Shown: positions 43,140 to 53,948 of the stretch, one piece after another
Layout of the letters: every line of letters starts with the position of its first letter
Position numbering within the stretch: position 1 is the stretch's first letter
Source of the DNA: Actinomycetota bacterium
Lineage (GTDB): Bacteria; Actinomycetota; Actinomycetes; Nanopelagicales; Nanopelagicaceae
Assembly: GCA_009702925.1 (NCBI GenBank)
Contig: WLHC01000001.1
Coordinates: 43,205 to 107,204, forward strand
Direction of reading: 5' to 3'
DNA length: 64,000 nt
Made by a program: the position numbers and the translations under genes
Notes under the pieces: model-generated
Databases searched by the model: none
What the model was told of the DNA's origin: nothing
What the model saw: the letters and a program-made list of their open reading frames with translations, nothing else

Positions 43140-45302
43140 TTAGTTGTTTGTTGTTCGGTAAACATCATAAACACCCTCGATACCCCGCACTGCACCTAGG
43201 ACTGCATCTAAATGCGTTGCATCAGCCATTTCGAAAGTAAAACGAGAAAATGCCGTCCGATCCTTAGATGTGCTTACTGAAGCACTTAAAATGTTAACGT
43301 GCTGCTCCGATAGTGTTCTAGTCACATCTGCAAGCAAAGAGGCGCGGTCGAGCGCTTCAACTTGGATATTGACCAGAAACACTGATGATGCGCCTAATCT
43401 CCATTTAACTTTTACCACTCGATTCATTTGATGTTTTTCTAAATCAGATGCGTTTGTGCAATCAGCTCTATGAATCGAGACACCACTACCTTTAGTAATA
43501 AATCCCATGATTGCATCCCCAGGTACAGGAGTGCAGCATCGTGCAAGCTTCACGAGAACATCATCTGTTCCTTCGACATCGATTGCATTACTAGAACGTC
43601 GCTGCGTTGGAGCGCGATTGAGATATACATCCATCGTGGGTTCGGGATGTGAATCTTCGGCTCCCAAAGAAGCAACTAGTTTTTCTACAACTGAAGATGC
43701 TGAAACGTGTCCGTCACCGACTGCAGAATAGAGTCCATCAATATCTGAGTATCTGAGCTCGTGCGCCAATTCAAGAAGTGAATGGCCAGCAAAAATCTTT
43801 TGCAAGGGTAGGCCTGCCTTGCGCATCTGTCGAGCAATCGATTCCCTACCAGCATCGATTGCCTCTTCACGTCTTTCTTTGCTAAACCAGGCTTTTATTT
43901 TTGAACGCGCTCTAGGACTTTGCACAAAGTTCAACCAGTCTCGGCTAGGCCCGGCATTTTCACTTTTGTTTGTCAGGATCTCAACGACATCGCCGTTGAC
44001 CAAACGTGATTCAAGCGGAACTAATCGGCCGTTCACTTTGGCTCCAGCACAACGTAAACCAACATCGGTATGCACGGAGAAAGCAAAATCAACTGGCGTA
44101 GAACCACCTGGCAGAGCAACAACATTTCCCTTTGGAGTAAAGACAAAAACCTCTGGAGAACCCAAATCAAATCGCAATGCCTCTAAGAAATCTGCTGGAT
44201 CTTCGGTCTCTTTTTGCCATTCATGCAGTTGGCGAAGCCATAACAGCTCTGGCGACGAATTATTGTTGTCTGGCCCTTGCTTGTATTTCCAGTGGGCAGC
44301 AATTCCAAGTTCTGCCCGTGCATGCATATCATGAGTACGAATTTGAATTTCTATCGCTTTGCCAGTTGGACCAATAACGGTTGTGTGCAGCGATTGATAA
44401 AGATTGAACTTTGGCATGGCTATATAGTCTTTAAAACGACCTGGCACAGGACTCCAACGCGCATGGATGGACCCAAGCACGGCGTAACAATCACGTACAT
44501 CGCTTACGAGTACTCGGATTCCTACTAAATCATAAATCTCATTGAACTCTCGTCCGCGAACCACCATTTTTTGGTAAACGGAAAAGAAATGTTTCTGTCT
44601 GCCAGTTACTGTCGCCTCGATGTGATCTTTCTCTAGATCAGCTTGAACTGTTTCGATCACCTCAGCTGTCAACTTTGCGCGAGATGGAGAACGTTCTGCA
44701 ACTAAACGAGAAATCTCTTCAAACTTCTTAGGCTCTAAGACCTCAAAAGATAGATCTTCTAATTCCCATTTCATCGCGTTCATTCCAAGACGATGTGCGA
44801 GTGGGGCATAAATATCTAGAGTTTCACGGGCTTTTCTTTCGGCAGATTCGGGAGTGACGTAAGCCCAAGTGCGAGCATTGTGTAATCGATCGGCGAGCTT
44901 AATAACAAGAACTCGAATATCCCTAGACATTGCAATAACCATCTTGCGGACTGTCTCTGCTTCAGCCGTTGGCCCGTACGCTAATTTGTCTAGCTTTGTT
45001 ACTCCATCAACCAGATTTGCGATCTCTTCACCGAACTCTGATCGCATTTGATCAAGTGAGTACTTGGTATCTTCAACAGTGTCGTGAAGTAGTGCCGCAA
45101 TAATTGTCGCCGGATTAAGTCCTAAGTTGGCCAGAATCTCTGCCACAGCAACCGGATGGGTGATGTATTCCTCGCCTGATTTACGAAGTTGTCCTTCGTG
45201 GGCATCTTTCGCCACTTCATATGCGCGGGAAATCTCCTCAGCATTAACCGAGGCATGATTTTCTTTGAGCGCACTAATAAGTGGTGCAATCAAAGTGTCC
45301 AC
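43140..45302 (-). CDS. relA: Bifunctional (p)ppGpp synthetase/hydrolase (long RSH)
   Basis: HD domain (LHDTVED), RFKDYI, YQSLHTT, EIQIRT, TGS, CC and ACT domains. Confidence 0.97.
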   Translation of the reverse strand: MDTLIAPLISALKENHASVNAEEISRAYEVAKDAHEGQLRKSGEEYITHPVAVAEILANLGLNPATIIAALLHDTVEDTKYSLDQMRSEFGEEIANLVDGVTKLDKLAYGPTAEAETVRKMVIAMSRDIRVLVIKLADRLHNARTWAYVTPESAERKARETLDIYAPLAHRLGMNAMKWELEDLSFEVLEPKKFEEISRLVAERSPSRAKLTAEVIETVQADLEKDHIEATVTGRQKHFFSVYQKMVVRGREFNEIYDLVGIRVLVSDVRDCYAVLGSIHARWSPVPGRFKDYIAMPKFNLYQSLHTTVIGPTGKAIEIQIRTHDMHARAELGIAAHWKYKQGPDNNNSSPELLWLRQLHEWQKETEDPADFLEALRFDLGSPEVFVFTPKGNVVALPGGSTPVDFAFSVHTDVGLRCAGAKVNGRLVPLESRLVNGDVVEILTNKSENAGPSRDWLNFVQSPRARSKIKAWFSKERREEAIDAGRESIARQMRKAGLPLQKIFAGHSLLELAHELRYSDIDGLYSAVGDGHVSASSVVEKLVASLGAEDSHPEPTMDVYLNRAPTQRRSSNAIDVEGTDDVLVKLARCCTPVPGDAIMGFITKGSGVSIHRADCTNASDLEKHQMNRVVKVKWRLGASSVFLVNIQVEALDRASLLADVTRTLSEQHVNILSASVSTSKDRTAFSRFTFEMADATHLDAVLGAVRGIEGVYDVYRTTNN

Positions 45303-45310
45303 AAGGATCC

Positions 45311-46366
45311 CTACTTACGACCCTTACGCTTTGGTTGGTTGCGAGGTCCTCGACCAATCATAGGAACCATTGAACTCTGTGACGTTGTAGATGAAACCAC
45401 TCCCCCTGAACGAGCGTTAACACGCTTTGCTAATGCCTGCATAGCTGGCTCTCTTTCGCGTAGCGATGCGAGAATCGGAGGTGCGATGAAAATTGAAGAG
45501 TAAGTTCCAACGATTAGACCAATGAATAACGCTAATGACAAGTCCTTCAAAGTTCCTGCACCTAATAATCCAGCACCAACAAAAAGAATTGCAGCAACAG
45601 GCAACAGGGCAACTATGGACGTATTTGCTGAGCGAACAATTGTCTGATTTACCGCAAGATTTACAGCCTGAGAGTATGTTTTAGTTGAAGAAGCTGTAAT
45701 TGACTTTGTATTCTCACGGACTTTATCAAAAACGACAACGGTGTCATACAGCGAATATCCTAAAATGGTTAAGAAACCAATGACAGTTGCCGGCGTAACG
45801 TCAAAGCCTACTAACGCGTAAATACCAACGGTAATAAACACGTCGTGTAGCACCGCAACGATCGCGGCAACAGCCATCTTTGGCTCCAATGCCATTGCAA
45901 GATAAATCATGATTACAAAGAGAAAACCAAAGAGTCCGTAGAGGGCCTTTCTCGTGATCTCTTCTCCCCAAGATGGCCCAATAATCTGTGTATCAATAGT
46001 TGCAACATCAACTGCAAAACTGGCAGCTAGTGCATCCTGAACTGCATTATTTGCTTGACTTTCTAGAGATCCTGTTTGAACCCTTACTTTGTCATCTCCA
46101 ATAACTTGAACGATTAGTTCGCCATCGACCCCTGCCGATTGAACTGCAGTGCGAGCTTGTTCAACCGATGGAGAGTTGGTGGTCACTGTGAATGATGAAC
46201 CACCCTTGAACTCGATTCCTAGATGTAAACCCTGCACTGCAAGGGATCCAATAGAGACCAGAATGAAAAGAATTGAAACTGCATACCAACGGCGTCGTTT
46301 CCCAATGAACTCGACTGAAGTTTCCCCACGATAAAGACGGCCACCAAGACCTGAAAACTTTGACAT
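45311..46366 (-). CDS. secF: Protein translocase subunit SecF
   Basis: GIEFKGG, HDV, GYSLYDTVVVFDKVREN and GTYSSIF. Confidence 0.96.
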   Translation of the reverse strand: MSKFSGLGGRLYRGETSVEFIGKRRRWYAVSILFILVSIGSLAVQGLHLGIEFKGGSSFTVTTNSPSVEQARTAVQSAGVDGELIVQVIGDDKVRVQTGSLESQANNAVQDALAASFAVDVATIDTQIIGPSWGEEITRKALYGLFGFLFVIMIYLAMALEPKMAVAAIVAVLHDVFITVGIYALVGFDVTPATVIGFLTILGYSLYDTVVVFDKVRENTKSITASSTKTYSQAVNLAVNQTIVRSANTSIVALLPVAAILFVGAGLLGAGTLKDLSLALFIGLIVGTYSSIFIAPPILASLREREPAMQALAKRVNARSGGVVSSTTSQSSMVPMIGRGPRNQPKRKGRK

Positions 46367-46368
46367 TC

Positions 46369-47880
46369 TTATGCCTCCTTCGTTGTTGCCAGGCCGAGAC
46401 TCTTGCTCGAAAAGCCGGATAGACGGTGACCTGAGTTAAAGAATTTGAGACGTGAAACAATGACTAATGCAGGCTTTGTAAAGACGAAAATAATAATAAG
46501 GTCAATAACAGTTGTCAGCCCAAGAGTAAACGCGAACCCTCTCACACCACCAACTGCAAAGAAATAAAGTAGTACAGCGGCAATGAGAGATACAAAGTCG
46601 GCTATCAAAATAGTACGACGCGCTCTAATCCAACCAGTTTCAACAGCAGTTCGTAGAGAGCGACCTTCTCGCATCTCATCTCGAACGCGTTCAAAATAAA
46701 CAATAAATGAGTCCGCTGTTACACCGATGGCAACAATTGCGCCTGCAATACCCGCGAGCGTCAATGTAAATCCAATCCATTGTCCAAGTAGTAAGAACAA
46801 CAGATAAAGCATAGTTCCGGCTATTGCAAGTGATCCAACGGTTATAAACCCTAATACTCGGTAGTAAGCAAGTGTGAAAATAACTACGAGTGCCAGACCT
46901 AGGGCTCCAGCAATCAAGCCTGCATCTAACTGGTCAGCGCCTAATGTTGGAGAAACCTGCTGAACCTCTCCACGATCAAATGCAAGTGGAAGCGCTCCAT
47001 ACTTTAGAACATTTGCTAAGTCTTTAGCTTCTAACTGTGAAAAGCTTCCCGTAATTTGGGCAGTTCCTGAGGGAATCGCTTCGTTGATTCGAGGAGCTGA
47101 CACAACCAAACCATCTAGAACAATGGCCAATTGATTGTTTGGCTCAGGTAAAGAAGTAACGCGAGAAGTCACCGCCGCAAATGCTGCAGTTCCTTCACTA
47201 TTAAAAGTTAAACTGACAAACCATGCACTTCCGGATTGTGTGTCAAGGCCTGCGGATGCTTCTGAAATTTGACGACCTAAAACTTCTGCAGGTCCAAGAA
47301 TATACTTAGTTAAACCTGCGCGATCACATGCAACAATTGTTTGAGATGGAAGATCTGTTCCAGTACCTTGGCGATTTGCCGCCAGCGTGCAATCAAAAGA
47401 AGCGAACTGGGCATTTATCTCCGGCGTAACGCCAGCCACTGGTGTTGCCGTTGGATCTACAACTGCAGTAGCACCCGCACCTGTAGCTAAAACTTGACGG
47501 AAACGAAGCTCGGCGGTCTGACCTACTAAATCAACTACACGTCGACCGGTGTCTCCCGGAACCGAGATAACAATCTGTCGACTTGTTCCTGTTCCCTGAG
47601 CTGCAACTTCTGACTCAGCAACACCTAATGAGTTCACGCGTTGGCGAATAATTGCAACCGCTTGATCGATCGCCTCATTAGTAATGCTTCCCTCTTCACC
47701 GGGAGCAATTCGAGGTTGAAGAGTTACAGACGTTCCGCCACGAAGATCAAGACCTAATTTCACAGAAGTAGCATCTTGAACAAAAACAAGACCCGTCATT
47801 GCTACTAAGCCAAGTGCCAAAATAGATAAGGTTCTAACTGGTCGACTTGAAGTCTTGATCGGTTTATTTATAGTAGACAT
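46369..47880 (-). CDS. secD: Protein translocase subunit SecD
   Basis: LGLDLRGG, RVNSLGVAE, GALP, IG..ADSFIVYFERVRDE and VRGFA.TL. Confidence 0.96.
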   Translation of the reverse strand: MSTINKPIKTSSRPVRTLSILALGLVAMTGLVFVQDATSVKLGLDLRGGTSVTLQPRIAPGEEGSITNEAIDQAVAIIRQRVNSLGVAESEVAAQGTGTSRQIVISVPGDTGRRVVDLVGQTAELRFRQVLATGAGATAVVDPTATPVAGVTPEINAQFASFDCTLAANRQGTGTDLPSQTIVACDRAGLTKYILGPAEVLGRQISEASAGLDTQSGSAWFVSLTFNSEGTAAFAAVTSRVTSLPEPNNQLAIVLDGLVVSAPRINEAIPSGTAQITGSFSQLEAKDLANVLKYGALPLAFDRGEVQQVSPTLGADQLDAGLIAGALGLALVVIFTLAYYRVLGFITVGSLAIAGTMLYLLFLLLGQWIGFTLTLAGIAGAIVAIGVTADSFIVYFERVRDEMREGRSLRTAVETGWIRARRTILIADFVSLIAAVLLYFFAVGGVRGFAFTLGLTTVIDLIIIFVFTKPALVIVSRLKFFNSGHRLSGFSSKSLGLATTKEA

Positions 47881-47891
47881 AAGCGCAGAGT

Positions 47892-48932
47892 CTAGGCGTC
47901 AGGGGCAGGTAAGTCGAAAAGCGTGGAAATCTCAGCGGGTGGAGTTCGGCCAATGTGGAGCCAACCCTGAGAAGTTGCCACTCGACCACGTGGGGTCCTG
48001 GCCATAAATCCATTGCGGACCAAGAATGGTTCGGCTACAGATTCAACCGTCTCAATCTCTTCACCAACGGCTATTGCAAGAGTTGAAAGACCCACCGGAC
48101 CACCATTAAACCTTTCGATAAGCGCGATGAGCACAGCGCGATCTAATCGATCGAGCCCAAGCTCATCCACTTCGTACATCTCTAAAGCCGCCCGAGAATC
48201 AGAAAGGGAAATTTTCTTACTTCCGTTAACTTGCGCAAAGTCACGAACACGGCGGAGTAAACGGTTTGCAATTCGTGGAGTCCCTCGAGACCTGCCGGCA
48301 ACCTCATTGATTGCGCTGTTATCGATTGCAATTCTTAAAAGTTCGGCGCTACGAGTGATAACTTGTGCTATATCTGCTTGTTCATAAAAATCTAAGTACG
48401 CGGTGAAACCAAAACGATCGCGCAATGGACTAGGTAATAGTCCAGCACGGGTTGTCGCTCCTACTAATGTGAAGTGTGGCAATTGCAGAGGAATCGCCGT
48501 TGCGCCAGGACCTTTGCCGACAATTACGTCAACTCTAAAATCCTCCATTGCTAGGTAAAGAAGTTCTTCTGCAGGCCTGGGCAAGCGATGGATTTCATCG
48601 ATAAACAAGATCTCGCCTTCAACAAGAGATGAAAGAATCGCTGCCAGATCACCAGCATGTGTAATTGCAGGTCCACTTGTTAATCTAATTGGCGTCGCCA
48701 TCTCGCTAGCAAGAATTAAGGCCAAGGTCGTTTTACCCAATCCCGGTGGACCTGAAAGCAAAATGTGATCGGCAGGGGAATTCCTATTTCTGGCAGCTGT
48801 GAGTAAAACATCTATTTGATCTCTCACTCGTTTTTGCCCAATAAAATCGTTGAGAGTTTTTGGGCGAAGGGCTTGCTCCAATGCTGACTCATCTTTATTT
48901 ACATTAGAAGTCATTAGGCGATCCTCATCCAC
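47892..48932 (-). CDS. ruvB: Holliday junction branch migration ATPase
   Basis: [25 protein letters not shown] and [17 protein letters not shown]. Likely GTG start at 48932. Confidence 0.97.
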   Translation of the reverse strand: MDEDRLMTSNVNKDESALEQALRPKTLNDFIGQKRVRDQIDVLLTAARNRNSPADHILLSGPPGLGKTTLALILASEMATPIRLTSGPAITHAGDLAAILSSLVEGEILFIDEIHRLPRPAEELLYLAMEDFRVDVIVGKGPGATAIPLQLPHFTLVGATTRAGLLPSPLRDRFGFTAYLDFYEQADIAQVITRSAELLRIAIDNSAINEVAGRSRGTPRIANRLLRRVRDFAQVNGSKKISLSDSRAALEMYEVDELGLDRLDRAVLIALIERFNGGPVGLSTLAIAVGEEIETVESVAEPFLVRNGFMARTPRGRVATSQGWLHIGRTPPAEISTLFDLPAPDA

Positions 48933-49539
48933 GAGAACTCTTTCCACTTGCCAATGCCATTTTTAAAAGCTCACTTAGGTCCTTGGTCGATGCATCAATA
49001 CCCTCAGAAGATAGTGTTGCAACGACATCTGTAATTGCACCGTCAGCCTCTTTCGGAGAAAAACCGAGAGAAGTTAATCCACTTACAAGTTTTTCTCGCC
49101 ATGCAGGCTGATGGCCCTTATATGTTTGATTACTGGATAAGTCAGTTAGCTTTCCTTTTAGCTCGAGAATCAAACGTTGCGCACCTTTGCGGCCTATTCC
49201 TGGAACTTTTTCAATGACCGAAATCTCTTCTTGAGATATCGCGCGACCTAAATCTTCAGGTGACATCGCACCCACAATTGACATTGCTACCTTTGGTCCA
49301 ATCCCAGACACGGTTTGCACAAGTTCAAAAAGGCCCTTTGCTTCATCTGTTAGAAAGCCATACAAAGTAAGTGAGTCTTCACGCACCACCAATGAGGTAA
49401 ACAACTGTTGCTGTGAACCTAAAGTAATCTGCGCCGTCGTAGAAGGTGTAAGAACAACGCTCAATCCAACTCCGCCAACTTCAAGAATAGCTCGATCACT
49501 CGTGAGGGATCTAACGGTCCCAGTCAACAATGAAATCAT
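48925..49539 (-). CDS. ruvA: Holliday junction branch migration protein
   Basis: [18 protein letters not shown] and [11 protein letters not shown]...ELK.K. Confidence 0.96.
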   Translation of the reverse strand: MISLLTGTVRSLTSDRAILEVGGVGLSVVLTPSTTAQITLGSQQQLFTSLVVREDSLTLYGFLTDEAKGLFELVQTVSGIGPKVAMSIVGAMSPEDLGRAISQEEISVIEKVPGIGRKGAQRLILELKGKLTDLSSNQTYKGHQPAWREKLVSGLTSLGFSPKEADGAITDVVATLSSEGIDASTKDLSELLKMALASGKSSRG

Positions 49540-50075
49540 CTGGAGTGTAATTTCTTCAGTCGGATTTTCTCTGCGGCCAAAGCTTGATTAACTTTATTAT
49601 TGCCACCTCCACGCCAAATATTGCAAATGGCCAACGCCAAAGCATCAGTAGCATCTACAGGCTTTGGAATACTTTCGAGGTTAAGAAGTTTTTGAACCAT
49701 TGATGCAACTTGTACTTTATTGGCACGTCCATTGCCCGTCACTGCCGCTTTGACCTCTGATGGAGTATGCATTACTACTGGTATTCCAGATTTTGCGGCA
49801 ATCAAAAGAGCTATTCCAGCAGCTTGCCCAGTTCCCATAACTGTTCGCACATTATGTTGAGAAAAAACTCTTTCAACTGCGATTACATCGGGTTGCCAAA
49901 GATTTACCCACTGTGAAAGTTCTTGATCTAACTCTAGGAGTCGATGTTCTAATGCAAGATCTTTACCCGTAACAATTACACCGACTTCAACCAGCGAAAG
50001 CGGTGAACCAATCGCACCCTCAACAATTCCAACACCACAACGAGTAAGGCCGGGGTCTATGCCCAAAACTCTCAT
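49536..50075 (-). CDS. ruvC: Crossover junction endodeoxyribonuclease
   Basis: [23 protein letters not shown] and D..DALA.A. Confidence 0.96.
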   Translation of the reverse strand: MRVLGIDPGLTRCGVGIVEGAIGSPLSLVEVGVIVTGKDLALEHRLLELDQELSQWVNLWQPDVIAVERVFSQHNVRTVMGTGQAAGIALLIAAKSGIPVVMHTPSEVKAAVTGNGRANKVQVASMVQKLLNLESIPKPVDATDALALAICNIWRGGGNNKVNQALAAEKIRLKKLHSR

Positions 50076-50135
50076 TGTTCCTCACGCTTTCTTCGTTGGA
50101 TTAAAGGTTAAAGCCTAAGGTTGTTCAGAAAATCC

Positions 50136-50888
50136 TTATCCTAGGCTCGCCATAACTTCGTCAGAAACATCAAAGTTGCTATAGACATTCTGCACATCAT
50201 CTAGCTCTTCTATTGCATCAATGAGTTCAAATACCTTGGCGGCACCCTCTGCGTCCAAAGGAATGCTCATAGACGGAAGAAATGATGAATCTGCAGATTC
50301 GTAATCAATCCCGGCTGATTGAAGAGCCTCACGCACTGGAACCAGATCAACAGGCTCGCTAACAATCTCAAAAGCCTCGCCTAAATCATTTACTTCCTCA
50401 GCGCCAGCCTCTAGAACTGCTTCAAGAATTAAGTCTTCAGAAAGTGAGCCATCTTTTTTTACAATGATTACTCCTTTTCGATTAAAAAGATAAGAAACCG
50501 ATCCTAAATCGGCCATCGAACCACCATTTCGAGTAACCGCAACTTTTACTTCAGATGCGGAGCGATTTCGATTATCTGATAAACACTCAATCATAATTGC
50601 AACACCATTGGGGCCATAGCCCTCATACATAATTGTTATCCAGTCTTTTGCACCAGCTTCTAAACCGGCACCTCTCTTTATCGCACGTTCAATATTGTCA
50701 GCCGGCATAGATGATTTTTTCGCTTTTGCCACAGCATCAAAAAGCGTTGGATTTCCATCCATATCCGCGCCACCATTTCGCGCAGCAACTTCAATCGCTC
50801 GAATCTGTTTAGCAAATACCTTTGCACGACGGCTATCGATGATTGCCTTTTTATGCTTGGTTGTCGCCCATTTGGAATGGCCTGACAT
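50136..50888 (-). CDS. yebC: YebC/PmpR-family protein
   Basis: MSGHSKW.T.KHKK, YEGYGP.G, DNRNR and DDVQNVY.N. Confidence 0.96.
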   Translation of the reverse strand: MSGHSKWATTKHKKAIIDSRRAKVFAKQIRAIEVAARNGGADMDGNPTLFDAVAKAKKSSMPADNIERAIKRGAGLEAGAKDWITIMYEGYGPNGVAIMIECLSDNRNRSASEVKVAVTRNGGSMADLGSVSYLFNRKGVIIVKKDGSLSEDLILEAVLEAGAEEVNDLGEAFEIVSEPVDLVPVREALQSAGIDYESADSSFLPSMSIPLDAEGAAKVFELIDAIEELDDVQNVYSNFDVSDEVMASLG

Positions 50889-50923
50889 TGGAACACCTCA
50901 ATTTCACAACTGCGAATATGTGC

Positions 50924-51520
50924 TTACTGTACCTTTTTGAGTGCTGGGCGTGCCACTTGGTCCACAAAATATTGATGAGTTCGATGATCACCAGTTAGTT
51001 CTGGATGAAAAGAAGTAGCTAATAAAGTTTTTGAGCGAACAGCTACTGGATGGGATTTGACTGACGCTAAGACTTCTACTTTTGGTCCAACTCGCTCAAC
51101 CCAGGGTGCTCGTATAAACACTGCCCTAAGTGGCTCTGGAAATCCATCCTTGAATTCAAGCTCAGTCTCGAAAGAGTCCACCTGTCGACCAAAGGCGTTC
51201 CTGCGCACCACGATATCTAAACCACCAAATGTTTTCTGGCCCATTGCTGCATCCAGAATTTCATCGGCTAGCAAAATCATTCCAGCACACGAACCATACG
51301 CCGGCATACCTGATGAGATACGTTGTTTAATTGCATCGAATATGCCAAAAGTTTGAGCGAGGTGAGCAATTGTTGTTGATTCTCCCCCAGGAATAATCAA
51401 TGCATCAGCATCTGCTAGCTCTTCACTGCGTCGAACTGAAAATGCATCAACTCCACAAGCAATAAGTGCGTTCGAGTGCTCGCGAAAGTCTCCTTGCAGA
51501 GCGAGAACTCCAACTTTCAT
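50924..51520 (-). CDS. pdxT: PLP synthase glutaminase subunit
   Basis: GVLALQG, PGGEST, GSCAG, RNAFGRQ and FHPE. Confidence 0.96.
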   Translation of the reverse strand: MKVGVLALQGDFREHSNALIACGVDAFSVRRSEELADADALIIPGGESTTIAHLAQTFGIFDAIKQRISSGMPAYGSCAGMILLADEILDAAMGQKTFGGLDIVVRRNAFGRQVDSFETELEFKDGFPEPLRAVFIRAPWVERVGPKVEVLASVKSHPVAVRSKTLLATSFHPELTGDHRTHQYFVDQVARPALKKVQ

Positions 51521-51531
51521 TTTTGAATTAT

Positions 51532-52422
51532 TTACCAGCCGCGTTCAGAAAGACGATGAGGTGCCGGTAGATCAGCGACGTTAATTCCAACCATCGCCTC
51601 ACCCAAACCACGAGATGCATCTGCAACTACTTTTGGATCATCCCAAAAAGTTGTTGCCTTTACACAAGCTGCCGCTCTCTGAGCCGGATTTCCTGACTTA
51701 AATATTCCTGAACCGATAAAGACGCCATCGGCTCCCATTGCCATCATCAAAGCCGCATCGGCAGGAGTTGCAATCCCACCAGCGGTAAATAGCACAACAG
51801 GTAGCTTGCCTGTCTCGGCAACTTCTTTAACTAATGCATACGGTGCCTGTAGTTCTTTGGCAGCGACATATAACTCATCTTCGCGCAGTGACGATAATCG
51901 GCGAATTTCCCCACCAATTTTTCTCATGTGCATCATTGCATTTGAAACATCACCCGTTCCTGCTTCACCTTTTGAACGAATCATTGCTGCGCCCTCATTG
52001 ATGCGTCGTAGCGCTTCGCCCAAATTGGTGGCACCGCAAACAAATGGAACAGTGAAATTCCATTTATCAATGTGATTCTCATAATCAGATGGTGTCAACA
52101 CCTCGGACTCATCGATGTAGTCAACGTTGAGCGATTGCAAAACTTGAGCTTCAACGAAATGGCCAATTCTTGCCTTTGCCATTACAGGGATCGAAACACT
52201 TGCTTGAATCTTCTCGATCATGTCTGGATCCGACATACGCGCTACGCCACCTTGTGCGCGAATATCTGCCGGCACACGCTCTAATGCCATAACAGCAACG
52301 GCTCCTGCATCTTCTGCGATTTTGGCTTGCTCTGCATTGACGACGTCCATAATTACGCCGCCCTTAAGCATTTCAGCCATACCGCGCTTGACGCGACCGG
52401 TTCCGGTTACTTCAGCCATCAC
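51532..52422 (-). CDS. pdxS: PLP synthase lyase subunit
   Basis: [25 protein letters not shown] and [10 protein letters not shown]. Confidence 0.97.
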   Translation of the reverse strand: MMAEVTGTGRVKRGMAEMLKGGVIMDVVNAEQAKIAEDAGAVAVMALERVPADIRAQGGVARMSDPDMIEKIQASVSIPVMAKARIGHFVEAQVLQSLNVDYIDESEVLTPSDYENHIDKWNFTVPFVCGATNLGEALRRINEGAAMIRSKGEAGTGDVSNAMMHMRKIGGEIRRLSSLREDELYVAAKELQAPYALVKEVAETGKLPVVLFTAGGIATPADAALMMAMGADGVFIGSGIFKSGNPAQRAAACVKATTFWDDPKVVADASRGLGEAMVGINVADLPAPHRLSERGW

Positions 52423-52459
52423 GAATACTCCGATTCCATCAAAAGTTTAGGTGCACATA

Positions 52460-53455
52460 CTACTTTGAATTAGTTGCCGCTGGCGAGGTGAATTTAGGCT
52501 CACGATCGGTCAATGCCACCCAAACTTGACCCGGTGCAAATTTAATCTGCTCTCCATTGGCTAACGAGAATGTAGTGCCAGAATTAGCATCACTTCGGTT
52601 CCATGTACCTGCAAAGCGTTTGCCATTACGAAGTACAAAAGCTTTGCCTTTTCCTATCGTTTCCGAAAAAGGTGTTACTCCCCCAAATTTATCGCCAAAC
52701 TCTGACGGTGTGATTGAAACAATCTGAATAACCAGAGTTGTGGGACCTAATATCAACCCTGATTCTGCGCTATTGATTTTTCCGTTGTGAGACAAAAACC
52801 ATCGCTCTTCTGCCGAGGACCACGTTGCTTTATAGGTAGCAGATGGCCAATCAACTACAACTTCATCCGTTACTAAACCATCTTTAGGTTCATCTCCAAA
52901 GATGAAACCCACATTGCGCGCACTATCAATTGCATACTCTTTCTCAACAACTCTTGCCATCAGTAAATCTGCACGTAGAACCATCGCATATGGTTGATTG
53001 CGCGCAGGATCAGTTGTGTAGATCGTGGGACTTTGACGTTGGGCTCCTAAATCGAGGAGATTTGCCTGGCTGATAATCGGTAATAGTTTTGATTGAGCAC
53101 CACTGTATGCAAAAGCCACATTTCCGTACTGACTTAAAATATCGATGTCAGAAATTCGAGCACTACGTACTGGGCCCACTCTCTGTGGAATTCGCGAAGA
53201 GAAAATTGCCATAAGCCGAGTTAGGCCACTTTCCACTTGTTCGATGTAGACAACGTCAGCATCCTCAATTCCTATTTGTGGATGTGCTGGATTTGTGTCA
53301 TCTATTTTGACTGCAAGTACAGGACCATTCGTACCTTCCCGTCCGCTGAGTACATTTGTCTCCGCCTTTTGAGGCAAAGCTTTTTCGATGACCGCGCAAC
53401 TACTAAGGGTTAAAGACGCAGCCACTAATAAGAGAATCCGTTTGTTAAAGAACAT
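52460..53455 (-). CDS. DUF3048 (YerB-like) lipoprotein
   Basis: Lipobox LTLSSC, AVKIDD....PQ.G...AD.VY.E.VE.G.TR and GPVRSAR. Start uncertain (53455 or 53470). Confidence 0.85.
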   Translation of the reverse strand: MFFNKRILLLVAASLTLSSCAVIEKALPQKAETNVLSGREGTNGPVLAVKIDDTNPAHPQIGIEDADVVYIEQVESGLTRLMAIFSSRIPQRVGPVRSARISDIDILSQYGNVAFAYSGAQSKLLPIISQANLLDLGAQRQSPTIYTTDPARNQPYAMVLRADLLMARVVEKEYAIDSARNVGFIFGDEPKDGLVTDEVVVDWPSATYKATWSSAEERWFLSHNGKINSAESGLILGPTTLVIQIVSITPSEFGDKFGGVTPFSETIGKGKAFVLRNGKRFAGTWNRSDANSGTTFSLANGEQIKFAPGQVWVALTDREPKFTSPAATNSK

Positions 53456-53948
53456 CAGCTTCGAATTCATAGGTGACAGGTAGCGGCGCATTTCCTGCTA
53501 ATCGGAAGGTTCGGACAACATATTTGCGCCGCAACATTTGTGAGCGACTCACAGCATCGGTATGAATTGCAATCGCAACTCGTATTTTATCGGTAAGCGC
53601 TGAGAGCTCAGTTAATAGTTGACTATCTGCCGCCGTTGCCAAATGTCTGGAGTCCTCTAAAAGCAAACCCAGAGCGCCAGACAAACCGCTCTCTGCATTA
53701 GATCTATATTGAATTGATGCATCTCGCGCCTGATAAGCAGCACCAGTTAACAAAAGCGACGATGCGGGGTCTGCGATGTCACTGTGAGCAATCTCCAATG
53801 CAACTGCAGCCCTTTTCTGTAAAAGCACATCAAGATTGGCCCAACTGTTATCTACACGATGGTGCAGTCGATCCAATCTTCTTGCTAAAAAAGTTAAATA
53901 CCAGATCACAAACACCACAAAGAAAATCGTAGGTATCAGATACTTCAT
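53445..53948 (-). CDS. Conserved actinobacterial membrane-anchored protein (LemA-like helical fold) downstream of pimA
   Basis: N-terminal TM, ARRLDRLH.R, AES.LS..L and FRLAG.AP.P..FE. Syntenic with the PIM cluster. Confidence 0.7.
   Translation of the reverse strand: MKYLIPTIFFVVFVIWYLTFLARRLDRLHHRVDNSWANLDVLLQKRAAVALEIAHSDIADPASSLLLTGAAYQARDASIQYRSNAESGLSGALGLLLEDSRHLATAADSQLLTELSALTDKIRVAIAIHTDAVSRSQMLRRKYVVRTFRLAGNAPLPVTYEFEADVL

Noticed and set aside
43819-44334. Long antisense ORFs (this 171-aa one, and e.g. 35052-35465, 3425-3874, 42206-42616)
   Set aside because: They lie opposite highly conserved genes and are Ser/Pro/Thr-rich, as expected for codon-mirror artefacts.
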